A model generated the notes under the pieces. That model saw only the letters and a list, made by a program, of their open reading frames with translations, was not told where the DNA came from and did no database searches. From NCBI GenBank assembly GCA_947464185.1, contig CANHVY010000018.1, forward strand, positions 3,220-67,219: a stretch of 64,000 nucleotides of DNA. Reading direction: 5' to 3'. This document shows, in pieces, positions 11,776 to 20,970 of this stretch (position 1 is its first letter; each line of letters starts with the position of its first letter). Origin of the DNA: Burkholderiales bacterium. GTDB taxonomy: Bacteria > Pseudomonadota > Gammaproteobacteria > Burkholderiales > Burkholderiaceae_C. A program made the translations under genes and the position numbers.

Positions 11776-12570
11776 ATGGAGCGCCTGCCGGCCGTCGCCG
11801 AGTCCCGCCTGTTCGGCACCCGGCGGGTGCCTTTGGGCCAACCGCTGAGCTGGCTGGCGCGCGGCGCGCAGGACCTGCGGCGCTGCCCCTGGCCCGGCTT
11901 GCTGCATGGGCTGGCAGCCGCCTCGTTTGGTGCCCTGATCATGGCCCTGGCATACGACCGCTTCTGGCTGTTGGCAGGCGCCTTCTCCGGCTTCCTGATC
12001 GTGGCGCCCGTGCTGGCCACCGGGCTGTACCAGATCAGCCGCGCGTTGGACCGAAAGCACACCCCGCGCCTGGCCGACGCGGTGGCCGCATGGAAACCCA
12101 CTGACGGTCGCCTGGTGGTGTTCGGCCTGCTGCTGGGCTTGGCCGGCACAGGCTGGGTGATCACCTCGGCCTCACTCATCACCACGTTCTCACCCGTGCC
12201 CATCCGCAACCCGCAGGACTTCCTGCAGCACGTGGTCCTGGCCCAGGACTCCGTCCTGTTCGAGGCCTGGCTCGCATTGGGGGGCGTACTGGCGGCGCCC
12301 GTGTTCGCCTCCAGCGTCATCGCGCTGCCCATGTTGCTGGATCGGCAGGTGGGCATCCTCACCGCCGTGTTCACGAGCTGGCGGGTGGTGATGGACAACC
12401 CCGGCCCGCTGGCGCTGTGGGCCGCGCTGCTGATGGCGCTCACCCTGCTGGGCATGGCTGCGGGCCTTCTGGGGCTGATCCCCATCGTGCCCTGGCTGGC
12501 CCACGCCAGCTGGCACGCCTACCGCGACCTGGTGCATCCGGTGGGCCTGGAGACCCGGCCATGGGTTTGA
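11776..12570 (+). CDS. DUF2189-like integral membrane protein
   Basis: Several hydrophobic helices. The N-terminal pattern PLSWLARGAQDLRR.. recalls DUF2189 proteins. The start was trimmed to ATG at 11776, just after the selU stop. Confidence 0.55.
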   Translation: MERLPAVAESRLFGTRRVPLGQPLSWLARGAQDLRRCPWPGLLHGLAAASFGALIMALAYDRFWLLAGAFSGFLIVAPVLATGLYQISRALDRKHTPRLADAVAAWKPTDGRLVVFGLLLGLAGTGWVITSASLITTFSPVPIRNPQDFLQHVVLAQDSVLFEAWLALGGVLAAPVFASSVIALPMLLDRQVGILTAVFTSWRVVMDNPGPLALWAALLMALTLLGMAAGLLGLIPIVPWLAHASWHAYRDLVHPVGLETRPWV

Positions 12571-12625
12571 GTCTCGGGCGCACTGCCCGGGACGGCGCCC
12601 GCTGAACGCCCCAGGCCTTCAGACC

Positions 12626-12838
12626 ATGTTCGGCTTCAGCGAAGAAGAGATCGCGCAGTTCGGCCTGACCTTCGGGGTCGGTGCCTTCATGCTGTACATG
12701 GTGTTCATCATCTTCCAGCTCGCGCGCGAATCCAAGGCCGGCCGGTTCGGCACGTTCGTGCTGTTCCTCGCCCTGGGCTTCGGCCTGCTGGGCTTCGTCG
12801 CCAAAGGCGTGATCAAGTTCTTTATCGCAGGCAGCTGA
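12626..12838 (+). CDS. Small membrane protein (DUF2788-like)
   Basis: 70 aa with two predicted TM helices. A clear intrinsic terminator follows. Confidence 0.55.
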   Translation: MFGFSEEEIAQFGLTFGVGAFMLYMVFIIFQLARESKAGRFGTFVLFLALGFGLLGFVAKGVIKFFIAGS

Positions 12839-12858
12839 GTTCACCTCCGGCCCGCCAT

Positions 12859-12887
12859 AAAAAACGCCGGCGTCGCCGGCGTTTTGT
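12859..12887. terminator. Bidirectional intrinsic terminator hairpin
   Basis: AAAACGCCGGCG-t-CGCCGGCGTTTT: a GC-rich palindrome flanked by an A-tract and a T-tract, between convergent genes. Confidence 0.7.
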
Positions 12888-12972
12888 CTGTGTGACTGGA
12901 ACCCCCTCTCGGAGGGGGCCAGGGGGAGCCCCATGACACCCGCAGGGTTGAACTGCGGGCATCGCCCGCAGC

Positions 12973-13710
12973 TCAACCCATGTGCAGACCACCATTGCAG
13001 CTGAAATCGGCGCCCGTGGTGAACCCGGAGTCATCGCCCGCCAGCCATGCCACGATGGAGCCGATTTCGTCGGGGGTACCCAGGCGCTTGACGGGGATGG
13101 TGGCCACGATCTTCTCCAGCACCTCAGGCTTGATGGCGCGGACCATGTCGGTGCCGATGTAGCCCGGGCTCACGGTGTTGACCGTCACGCCCTTGCTCGC
13201 CACTTCCTGAGCCAGGGCCATGGTGAAGCCATGCATGCCGGCCTTGGCGGCCGAGTAGTTGGTCTGGCCGGCCTGACCCTTCTCGCCGTTCACCGAGGAG
13301 ATCTGGATGATGCGGCCCCAGCCCTTTTCCACCATGCCCGGCACCACCTGCTTGGTGACGTTGAACATGGAGTTCAGGTTGGTGTCGATGACGGCCTTCC
13401 AGTCCTCGGGCGACATCTTCAGGAACATGCGGTCGCGCGTGATGCCGGCATTGTTCACCAGCACGTCGATGGTGCCGTACTCCTGCTGCGACTTGGTGAA
13501 GGCCGCGACGGTGGAATCCCAGTCAGCCACGTTGCCCACGGAGGCATGGAACTCATAGCCCAGCGCCTTCTGCTCGTCCAGCCACTTGTTGAAGTCCCGG
13601 CTGGGGCCGCAGCCGGCGATGACCTTGAAGCCTTCCTTGGCCAGGCGCTGGCAGATGGCGGTGCCGATGCCACCCATGCCACCGGTCACGTATGCCACTT
13701 TCTTCGTCAT
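12973..13710 (-). CDS. phaB: Acetoacetyl-CoA reductase (SDR)
   Basis: SDR cofactor motif VTGGMGGIGTAICQRL, catalytic YSAAKAG, and NNAGITRD. Lies downstream of phaC. The start was trimmed to ATG at 13710 (MTKKVAYVTGG). Confidence 0.9.
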   Translation of the reverse strand: MTKKVAYVTGGMGGIGTAICQRLAKEGFKVIAGCGPSRDFNKWLDEQKALGYEFHASVGNVADWDSTVAAFTKSQQEYGTIDVLVNNAGITRDRMFLKMSPEDWKAVIDTNLNSMFNVTKQVVPGMVEKGWGRIIQISSVNGEKGQAGQTNYSAAKAGMHGFTMALAQEVASKGVTVNTVSPGYIGTDMVRAIKPEVLEKIVATIPVKRLGTPDEIGSIVAWLAGDDSGFTTGADFSCNGGLHMG

Positions 13711-13772
13711 GCTGATCTCCTTGGTTGTTGGTGTGAAAAATTGAGGGGCCGCAGGGCCATGCACAAAGGCCG

Positions 13773-15479
13773 TCAGGCCTTGGCCTTGACGTAGCGGCCA
13801 GGCGCCGGCTCGATGGCCTTGAACGCGCGACTGCCATAAGTGCGGGGGGCGGCCACCTGGCCACCTGCGTGAGACTTCAGCCAGTTGGCCCAATCGGGCC
13901 ACCAGCTGCCCGCATGCTCGGTGGCACCATCGAACCAGGCTTGCGCGTCATCAGGCAGGGTGTCGTTCGTCCAGTAGCTGCGCTTGCGCTGGGCGGGCGG
14001 GTTGATGACGCCGGCAATGTGGCCCGACGCCCCCAGTACGAAGCGGCGCTTGCCCTTGATCAGCGGCACCGAACGGTAGGCCGCCATCCAGGGCACGATG
14101 TGGTCTTCGCGCGAGCCGTAGATGTAGAACGGCGCCTTGATCCTGCCCAGGTCCACCTTCTGGCCGCACACTGTCAGGGCGCCAGGCTTGCGGAGTTCGT
14201 TCTGCAGGTACATGTGGCGCAGGTACCAGCAGTACATGGGGCCCGGCAGGTTGGTGGAGTCCCCGTTCCAGTACAGCAGGTCGAAAGGCGGCGGCGCCTC
14301 ACCCTTGAGGTAGTTGCCCACCACGTAGTTCCAGACCAGGTCGTTCGGGCGCAGGAAGCTGAAGGTGGTGGCCAGTTCCTGGCCCTTGAGCAGGCCGGGG
14401 CCGGACGGCGCGTCGGCGCCGATGGTCATCTCGCGCACCTTCACCAGGGCCTCATCGACGAAGATGTCCAGGATGCCGGTATCGCTGAAATCCAGCAGCG
14501 TGGTCAGCAGGGTCACCGAGTGCGCCGGGTGCTCGCCGCGCGCAGCCAGCACGGCCAGCGCCGTGCTGAGGATGGTGCCGCCCACGCAGAAGCCCAGGGT
14601 GTTGATGGTCTCGGCCTTGGTGATCTGGCGCACCACGTCAATGGCCCTGATGGGGGCGTTCTCGATGTAGTCGTCCCAGGTCTTGTCCTTGAGCGATTCG
14701 TCCGGGTTGCGCCAACTGACCACGAACACGCGGTGACCTTGCTCCACCGTATACCGGATCACCGAGTTCTCGGGCTGCAGGTCCAGGATGTAGTACTTGT
14801 TGATGCACGGTGGCACGAACAACATGGGCCGCTCGTGTACTTTGGCCGTCAGGGGCTTGTATTCGATGAGCTGGAACAGCTCGTTCTCGAAGACCACCGC
14901 GCCCTCGCTGCTGGCCACGTTGCGGCCCACCTCGAACACGCTCTCGTCCGTCTGGGAAACATGGCCCTTGCGCATGTCGTCCATCAACTGCTGCATGCTT
15001 TTGGACAGGCTCTCGCCCTGGGTCTGCAGCGCGCGCTGCAGCGCCTCGGGGTTGGTGGCGAGGTAGTTGCTGGGGCTGGCGGCATCCACCCACTGCTGCA
15101 CGGCGAAACGGATGCGCGCCTTGGTCTTGGGGTCGCCCTGCACGCTCTCGGCCATCTGCATCAGCGTGCGGGAGTTCAACAGGTACATCTGCGCCATGTA
15201 AGCGGCCGCAGGGTTGGAAGCCCATTCACTCGCGGCAAACCGGCGGTCCTTGAGCTTGGGACCCGGGGCAGACTGGCCGGCGGCGGCCGGCTGAAAAGCG
15301 GCCAGGGAATCGTTCCACAAGGCCGTGGCGCTCTTGAGGTACTCGGCTTGAAGGCCCCCCAGCGCTTCAGGCGCCAAGGTCACGCCCTGCATGGTCTTCC
15401 AGATCTCGCTCAGGGCGTTGCCGAACATCTGCGCGCCCTGCACCGGGTCCGGCATGCTGGGGGGGGACTTGGCCTTCAC
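13773..15479 (-). CDS. phaC: Class I poly(R)-hydroxyalkanoate synthase
   Basis: Lipase-box-like GFCVGG and conserved PHA synthase N-terminal and alpha/beta regions. 568 aa, followed by phaB. Confidence 0.9.
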   Translation of the reverse strand: MKAKSPPSMPDPVQGAQMFGNALSEIWKTMQGVTLAPEALGGLQAEYLKSATALWNDSLAAFQPAAAGQSAPGPKLKDRRFAASEWASNPAAAYMAQMYLLNSRTLMQMAESVQGDPKTKARIRFAVQQWVDAASPSNYLATNPEALQRALQTQGESLSKSMQQLMDDMRKGHVSQTDESVFEVGRNVASSEGAVVFENELFQLIEYKPLTAKVHERPMLFVPPCINKYYILDLQPENSVIRYTVEQGHRVFVVSWRNPDESLKDKTWDDYIENAPIRAIDVVRQITKAETINTLGFCVGGTILSTALAVLAARGEHPAHSVTLLTTLLDFSDTGILDIFVDEALVKVREMTIGADAPSGPGLLKGQELATTFSFLRPNDLVWNYVVGNYLKGEAPPPFDLLYWNGDSTNLPGPMYCWYLRHMYLQNELRKPGALTVCGQKVDLGRIKAPFYIYGSREDHIVPWMAAYRSVPLIKGKRRFVLGASGHIAGVINPPAQRKRSYWTNDTLPDDAQAWFDGATEHAGSWWPDWANWLKSHAGGQVAAPRTYGSRAFKAIEPAPGRYVKAKA

Positions 15480-15655
15480 GCGGGTCTCCTGCCTGTTGAC
15501 GCCTGCCGGAGGATGGCACAGCGCCTTTGTTATTCACCCTCCAGGCCCCGCGTCCGCCTTATGCGCCCACAATGGCCTAGAACGGCCACGACTATAGGCA
15601 ATGGAACTTACCACGCCATGACGCAACACCCTACCGGCAAAGGGCCGAAGTCATC

Positions 15656-15979
15656 ATGTACCTGATCGCCATCGCCTGGATGTACGTCGTGGTGATGATG
15701 GCGCTGGCCGAGGCCCTGTCGCCGCAGGGCACGGTGCTGGGTGCGGTGTTCACGCTGCTGCTGTACGGCCTGCTGCCGCTGGGGATCGTGATGTACCTGC
15801 TGGGCACCCCGATGCGGCGACGGGCCCTTCGGGCGGCCGAGGCCAAGGCCGAGTTACCCGCCGGGCCTGAACAGAACGCCTTGCAGAGCCCGGCGGGGCC
15901 TGCCGCCTCAGCCCCGAAGCCAGACAGCGGCGGCCATGCGGCCGGTGACGCCGTCACGCCGGAAAGAAAAGAAGTCTGA
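15656..15979 (+). CDS. Hypothetical small membrane protein
   Basis: Two strongly hydrophobic helices followed by an Ala/Pro-rich tail. No recognised family. Its 3' end overlaps the convergent pgeF by 72 nt. Confidence 0.35.
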   Translation: MYLIAIAWMYVVVMMALAEALSPQGTVLGAVFTLLLYGLLPLGIVMYLLGTPMRRRALRAAEAKAELPAGPEQNALQSPAGPAASAPKPDSGGHAAGDAVTPERKEV

Positions 15980-16729
15980 AGGGCTCTCCACCGTGCACCA
16001 GTGGCCACCGGCCACCTGGTGCAGACCGAGCGCCAGCAAGCGTTGCCTCGCCAGCCCCGGCAGATCGGCCAGCCAGCGGGACTGCCCGTCCGGGCGCGGG
16101 CGGGGTGTGAAGAAGCGCCTGTCTGCGCCAAAGGCCTGCAACACGTCGGCGCCCACCTCGAACTGCCGGGGCCCGATGCAGGGCCCGAGCCAGCAGGCCA
16201 GGGCCGACGGCTCACAGCCGGCCGCCCGTGCCACGGCCTCGGCCGTGCGCTCCAGCACGCCAGCGGCGAGGCCGCGCCACCCCGCGTGAGCAGCCCCCAC
16301 CGCACGGCCGTTCGCTGCCGCAATCAGCACCGGCAGGCAGTCGGCCACCTGCACCACGCAGGCCACTCCCGGCTGGCTGGTCCAGCAGCCATCGGCCTGT
16401 GGGCCACCCCGCTCGCGAAGCGCCGTCGAAGCCTCCACGACCACCGTGCCGTGCACCTGCCGAAGCCACAGGGGCCGCGCCGGCAGCATCAGCCCAACCC
16501 AGCGGTGCCGGTTCGCCGCCACGGCGTCGGGGTCATCGCCCACATGGGCCCCCAGGTTGAGGCTGTCGAAGGCCCCCTGGCTGCAGCCCCCCTGGCGGGT
16601 GGACATCAGCGCGCCCACGTTGCCGGGGGCATCCCAGATCACGGGCAGAGGCAGGGCCGAGGTCGCGCCCGCGCCCGAACCGGACCCGGCTGCAGACTTC
16701 AAGCCCGCAGGGCTTGGGTCAGCTGGCAT
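15908..16729 (-). CDS. pgeF: Peptidoglycan editing factor PgeF (YfiH/DUF152, laccase-domain protein)
   Basis: Motifs STRQGG.S.GAFDSLNLG, ADCLPVL and HAGWRG. Confidence 0.8.
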   Translation of the reverse strand: MPADPSPAGLKSAAGSGSGAGATSALPLPVIWDAPGNVGALMSTRQGGCSQGAFDSLNLGAHVGDDPDAVAANRHRWVGLMLPARPLWLRQVHGTVVVEASTALRERGGPQADGCWTSQPGVACVVQVADCLPVLIAAANGRAVGAAHAGWRGLAAGVLERTAEAVARAAGCEPSALACWLGPCIGPRQFEVGADVLQAFGADRRFFTPRPRPDGQSRWLADLPGLARQRLLALGLHQVAGGHWCTVESPSDFFSFRRDGVTGRMAAAVWLRG

Positions 16730-17351
16730 CCGGGCAGGCTTCGGGCCGCGTCTTCTCGAAGGCGTCCAAGCGCATGCAGGCGTCGAACACCCGCATCACG
16801 TTCGGCACGTGATCCAGCCGCGCGTTGAAGCGACGGGCGTTGAAGATCTGGGGCACCAGCACACAGTCAGCGAGAGTCGGCGCCTCGCCATGGCAGTAGG
16901 TGGAGGGGTGCTCGGCCAGGCGACGCTCCACCACTTCCAGGCCCGTCTCCACCCAGTGGCGGTACCAGCGGTCCTTGTCGTCCTCCGTCACCTTCAGCGA
17001 ACCCACCAGGTAGCGCAGCACGCGCAGGTTGTTCAGCGGGTGGATCTCGCAGGCGATGTCCATGGCCAGCGAACGCACACGGGCACGGGCCGCGGCATCA
17101 CCAGGCAGCAGCGGAGGTTCCGGATGGGTCTCGTCCAGGTACTCGATGATGGCCAGCGACTGGGTGACCAGATGCTCGCCATCGCGCAACATCGGCACCA
17201 GGCGCGCCGCCGACACTGAGGCGTAGACCTCCCCCAGTTGCTCGTTCTTCTGCAGATGCACACTGCGGTAGTCATAGTCCAGCCCCTTGAGCGCCAGGGC
17301 GATGCGCACCCGATAGGACGCTGAAGAGCGGAAGTAGTTGAAGAGTTCCAT
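16719..17351 (-). CDS. maiA: Maleylacetoacetate isomerase (GST zeta class)
   Basis: Zeta-class N-terminal motif FRSSASYRVRIALALKG, and 210 aa. Only the C-terminal third of the 523-aa ORF looks protein-like, so the start was set at ATG 17351 (MELFNY). Confidence 0.85.
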   Translation of the reverse strand: MELFNYFRSSASYRVRIALALKGLDYDYRSVHLQKNEQLGEVYASVSAARLVPMLRDGEHLVTQSLAIIEYLDETHPEPPLLPGDAAARARVRSLAMDIACEIHPLNNLRVLRYLVGSLKVTEDDKDRWYRHWVETGLEVVERRLAEHPSTYCHGEAPTLADCVLVPQIFNARRFNARLDHVPNVMRVFDACMRLDAFEKTRPEACPDAS

Positions 17352-17432
17352 AGGCTGTGTGATCCTGCGCCGGGCAACGGGCGCTGATGATGCCACGCAC
17401 GCCGCCGCACGCCCCCTCGCTACACTCATCTC

Positions 17433-17978
17433 ATGCTGCACCGTCCCCGCATCCGTCACTGTCGCGCCTGCGGCAGCGCCGTGACGTACCGGGTGCCGGC
17501 TGAGGACAACCGCGAACGAGCCATGTGCGGCAGTTGCCAGCACATCGACTACGAGAACCCGTTGAACGTGGTGGGCACGGTCCCGGTGTGGGAGGACAGC
17601 GTCCTGCTGTGCCGCCGCAACATCGAACCGCGCCACGGCTTCTGGACGCTGCCAGCAGGCTTCATGGAGCTGGGTGAGAGCACCGAGGCCGGCGCCGTGC
17701 GCGAAACCGACGAGGAGGCTGGCGCCAGGATCGTCGTGGAAGGCCTGTTCACGGTGCTGAACGTGGTGCGCGTCGGCCAGGTGCACTTCTTCTACCGCGC
17801 GCAACTGCAGGACACACGGTTTGCACCCGGCCCGGAAACCATCGAGGCGCGCCTGTTCCGCGAAGACGAGATCCCTTGGGATGATCTGGCCTTCCGCACC
17901 GTACGGCTGACACTGGAACGCTACTTTGCAGACCGGCGAGCGGGCGCCTTCGGCATTCACTGCGTCGACGTCAGCTGA
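17433..17978 (+). CDS. NUDIX hydrolase with N-terminal zinc-ribbon
   Basis: CxxC...CxxC at the N-terminus (CRACGS...CGSCQ). Nudix box GFMELGESTEAGAVRETDEEAG. Confidence 0.8.
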   Translation: MLHRPRIRHCRACGSAVTYRVPAEDNRERAMCGSCQHIDYENPLNVVGTVPVWEDSVLLCRRNIEPRHGFWTLPAGFMELGESTEAGAVRETDEEAGARIVVEGLFTVLNVVRVGQVHFFYRAQLQDTRFAPGPETIEARLFREDEIPWDDLAFRTVRLTLERYFADRRAGAFGIHCVDVS

Positions 17979-18435
17979 TCGGCCAGCCGAGTTGCGCCAA
18001 CTCGCGCCCCACCTGACGCGCCGGCCCCGGCGCCAGCGGTCCGATGACGCGAAAGACCCAGCCCCCCTGCCCGGCACCCCACCCAAAGGCCTGGACCGCG
18101 GCGTCCAGGAAGTTGCGCAATGCTTGAGCCGTCTCCTGCGCCTGCGCATGGATGGGCACCAGCAGCAGACCCGTACCCGCTGGCGTCTGCCCCCAGAAGC
18201 TGCCGGGCACCTGCCGGACCCACTGCTGCAGAGCACTCGACACCAGCCACGCTGCCACTTCCTGCGCCTGGGAACCTTCCTGGTGCCCACCAGCGGGCTG
18301 CCAGGCGCAGGTGATCACGGCGCCTGCAGATGCCGCGAGAGGACACCTGAGAGACGCACACGCCGGCAGCAGGGGACCTCGGGTGAGCCATTGGCGCAGA
18401 GCCCGATCAAAGGCCTGTGAAGACAGGGCGGACAC
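17971..18435 (-). CDS. Hypothetical protein
   Basis: Only an ORF with plausible composition in a gap between annotated genes. No recognisable motif. Confidence 0.3.
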   Translation of the reverse strand: MSALSSQAFDRALRQWLTRGPLLPACASLRCPLAASAGAVITCAWQPAGGHQEGSQAQEVAAWLVSSALQQWVRQVPGSFWGQTPAGTGLLLVPIHAQAQETAQALRNFLDAAVQAFGWGAGQGGWVFRVIGPLAPGPARQVGRELAQLGWPIS

Positions 18436-18684
18436 ACGGCATGGTCAACGCTGCACCGCCGTGGAACGTTGAGGAAACACGCAGTGCAGACGTGCGGCAG
18501 GCCAATTGCCATCGATTCCCATTCACAGGCCGTCACTCGGGTTTGTGGGCCCCGCTTGCAAGATCGTCGGCTCCTGTCTACTCTGCGCGCCGGCTAGGCC
18601 ATGGAGGTCCGTCCGCAAGATGGCTGCGTGCCATTGAACGGACAGATCGCCACCTTTCAACGCTTGACTCCCAAGGAAAACGCA

Positions 18685-18972
18685 ATGCAAACCCGCCGCA
18701 AGTTCATTCAGATCGTCCCCGTCGCCGGCGCCGCCCTCCTGGCCGGCCGCGAAGTGCTGGCCCAAGCTCGCCCGGCCGACGCGCTGGACCCCAAGAGCCC
18801 CCAGGCCACGGGTCTGAAGTACGTCGAGAAGACGGCCAACCCCGCGCAAAAGTGCACCAACTGCCAGCTGTACCAGGCCAAGGCCACGGACCCCTGGGGC
18901 GGCTGCCCGCTCTTCGCCGGCAAGAAGGTGGCCGGTGAAGGCTGGTGCTCGGCCTGGGTGAAGAAGGCCTGA
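18685..18972 (+). CDS. High-potential iron-sulfur protein (HiPIP) with Tat signal
   Basis: Twin-arginine signal MQTRRKF. Four Cys in HiPIP spacing (CTNCQLY...GGCPLF...GWCSAW). The start was trimmed to ATG at 18685. Confidence 0.85.
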   Translation: MQTRRKFIQIVPVAGAALLAGREVLAQARPADALDPKSPQATGLKYVEKTANPAQKCTNCQLYQAKATDPWGGCPLFAGKKVAGEGWCSAWVKKA

Positions 18973-19021
18973 TCAGGGCTCTGACCCTGCCCTGACCTTC
19001 GAGTCAGGTGACGCTCACAAG

Positions 19022-19047
19022 ACAACGGGCCCCTCGGGGCCCGTTGT
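19022..19047. terminator. Intrinsic terminator hairpin between convergent genes
   Basis: ACAACGGGCCCC-tc-GGGGCCCGTTGT: a perfect 12-bp stem. Confidence 0.7.
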
Positions 19048-19068
19048 GCTTGATGAACCTGACGACTC

Positions 19069-20958
19069 TCAGCGCTTGGCCGGCGGCAGGTCGGTGCAGG
19101 ACCCGTGCGCCACTTCGGCTGCCATGCCAATGCTCTCGCCCAGAGTGGGGTGCGGGTGTATGGTCTTGCCGATGTCCACCGCGTCGGCTCCCATCTCGAT
19201 GGCCAGGGCGATCTCGCCGATCATGTCGCCCGCGTGGGTGCCGACGATGCCGCCGCCCAGAATCTTGCCGTGGCCATGCGCTTCCGGGCTGTCATCGAAC
19301 AGCAGCTTGGTGAAGCCCTCGTCGCGGCCGTTGGCAATGGCGCGGCCTGAGGCCGTCCAGGGGAACAGGCCCTTCTTCACCTTGATGCCCTGGGCCTTGG
19401 CCTGGTCCTCGGTCAGGCCCACCCAGGCCACCTCGGGGTCGGTGTAGGCCACGCTGGGAATCACGCGGGCGTTGAATGCGGCGCTGGCCAGTTCCTTGTT
19501 GCCCTGCAACTCCCCGGCGATGACTTCGGCCGCCACATGGCCCTCATGCACCGCCTTGTGCGCCAGCATGGGCTGGCCCACGATGTCACCGATGGCGAAG
19601 ATGTGTGGCACGTTGGTGCGCATCTGGATGTCGACATTGATGAAGCCGCGGTCGGTCACGGCCACCCCGGCCTTGTCGGCGGCGACCTTCTTGCCGTTGG
19701 GGGAGCGGCCCACGGCCTGCAGCACCAGGTCGTAGACGCCTTCGCTCTTGGTGCCGTCCAGGCCTTCGAAGCTCACCTTGATGCCCTCAGGCGTGGCCTC
19801 GGCCCCCACCGTCTTGGTCTTCAACATGATCTTGTCGAAGCGGTGCTTGTTCATCTTCTCCCAGACCTTGACGAGGTCCCGGTCGGCGCCCTGCATTAGG
19901 CCGTCCATCATCTCCACCACATCCAGGCGAGCGCCCAGCGTGCTGTAGACCGTGCCCATCTCCAGACCGATGATGCCGCCGCCCACGATCAACATGCGCT
20001 GGGGCACCGATGTCAGGCCCAGTGCGCCAGTGGAGTCGACCACCCGCGGATCGTCGGGCATGAAGGGCAGGCGCACGGCCTGCGAGCCGGCGGCGATGAC
20101 GCAGCGCTTGAAGGCGACAACCTGCTTGCGGCCCGTCTTGGCCTGGCCGGTACCGGCGGTTTCCTCCACTTCGACGTGGTTCGGCCCGACAAAGGCGCCG
20201 TACCCGCGCGCGGTGGTCACCTTGCGCATCTTGGCCATGGCCGCCAGGCCGCCCGTGAGCTTGCCGATGACCTTTTCCTTGTGGCCACGCAGCTTGTCGA
20301 TGTTGAGGTGCGGCGCGCCGAACGCCACGCCCAGGTCCGCCATGTGGCTCACCTCGTCCATCACCGCGGCCACGTGCAGCAGCGCCTTGGAAGGGATGCA
20401 GCCCACGTTCAGGCACACGCCACCCAGCGTGGCGTAGCGCTCGACGATGACGACTTTCAGGCCCAGATCTGCGGCGCGGAAGGCGGCGGAGTAGCCCCCC
20501 GGGCCGGCACCCAGCACCAGCAGATCGCACTCGAGATCGGCGGTGCCTGAGTAGGCGGTGACTGCCAACTGCGCGGCCGAGACCTCGGTTTGGGTCAGAT
20601 GGGCAGCACCCGGTTCGGTTCGCCCTGAGCCTGCCGAAGGGCCGGGCAAAGGGGCTTCGACGAGCTCAGCCCGAACGGTGGAGGCGGCAGGGGCCGGGGC
20701 TGGCGGTGCAGCCGCCTCACCCGCCACCTCCAGCGACAGCAGCACCGAGCCTTCGCTGACCATGTCCCCCAGCTTGATCTTGAGCTCCTTCACCACACCG
20801 GCGTGAGAAGAAGGGATCTCCATCGAGGCCTTGTCGGACTCGACCGTGATCAGCGACTGCTCGGCCTTGATGGCATCGCCCGGCTTGACCAGCACCTCGA
20901 TGATGGCCACTTCCTTGAAGTCGCCGATGTCGGGCACCTTGATATCGATGATGGACAT
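19069..20958 (-). CDS. lpdA: Dihydrolipoyl dehydrogenase (E3) with N-terminal lipoyl domain
   Basis: N-terminal lipoyl motif ESDKASMEIP and an Ala/Pro linker. Then VLGAGPGGYSAAF, the redox disulfide GGVCLNVGCIPSK, and C-terminal HPHPTLGE. Confidence 0.9.
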   Translation of the reverse strand: MSIIDIKVPDIGDFKEVAIIEVLVKPGDAIKAEQSLITVESDKASMEIPSSHAGVVKELKIKLGDMVSEGSVLLSLEVAGEAAAPPAPAPAASTVRAELVEAPLPGPSAGSGRTEPGAAHLTQTEVSAAQLAVTAYSGTADLECDLLVLGAGPGGYSAAFRAADLGLKVVIVERYATLGGVCLNVGCIPSKALLHVAAVMDEVSHMADLGVAFGAPHLNIDKLRGHKEKVIGKLTGGLAAMAKMRKVTTARGYGAFVGPNHVEVEETAGTGQAKTGRKQVVAFKRCVIAAGSQAVRLPFMPDDPRVVDSTGALGLTSVPQRMLIVGGGIIGLEMGTVYSTLGARLDVVEMMDGLMQGADRDLVKVWEKMNKHRFDKIMLKTKTVGAEATPEGIKVSFEGLDGTKSEGVYDLVLQAVGRSPNGKKVAADKAGVAVTDRGFINVDIQMRTNVPHIFAIGDIVGQPMLAHKAVHEGHVAAEVIAGELQGNKELASAAFNARVIPSVAYTDPEVAWVGLTEDQAKAQGIKVKKGLFPWTASGRAIANGRDEGFTKLLFDDSPEAHGHGKILGGGIVGTHAGDMIGEIALAIEMGADAVDIGKTIHPHPTLGESIGMAAEVAHGSCTDLPPAKR

Positions 20959-20970
20959 GGCCAGCTCCCC

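Noticed and set aside
15908-15979. The 72-nt convergent overlap between the small membrane ORF and pgeF
   Set aside because: It is more likely that the 107-aa ORF is mis-called or shorter, since its Ala/Pro-rich tail is not protein-like, than that this is a functional antisense overlap. The ORF is kept as a low-confidence CDS.
16719-18290. Over-extended ORFs whose N-terminal parts are not protein-like (523-aa maiA ORF, 639-aa ORF at 35126-37045, 584-aa ORF at 37852-39606, 1404-aa purL ORF, 936-aa aceE ORF)
   Set aside because: Only the C-terminal portions match known families. Internal ATG starts with sensible spacing to neighbouring genes were chosen, and the upstream extensions overlap other real genes.
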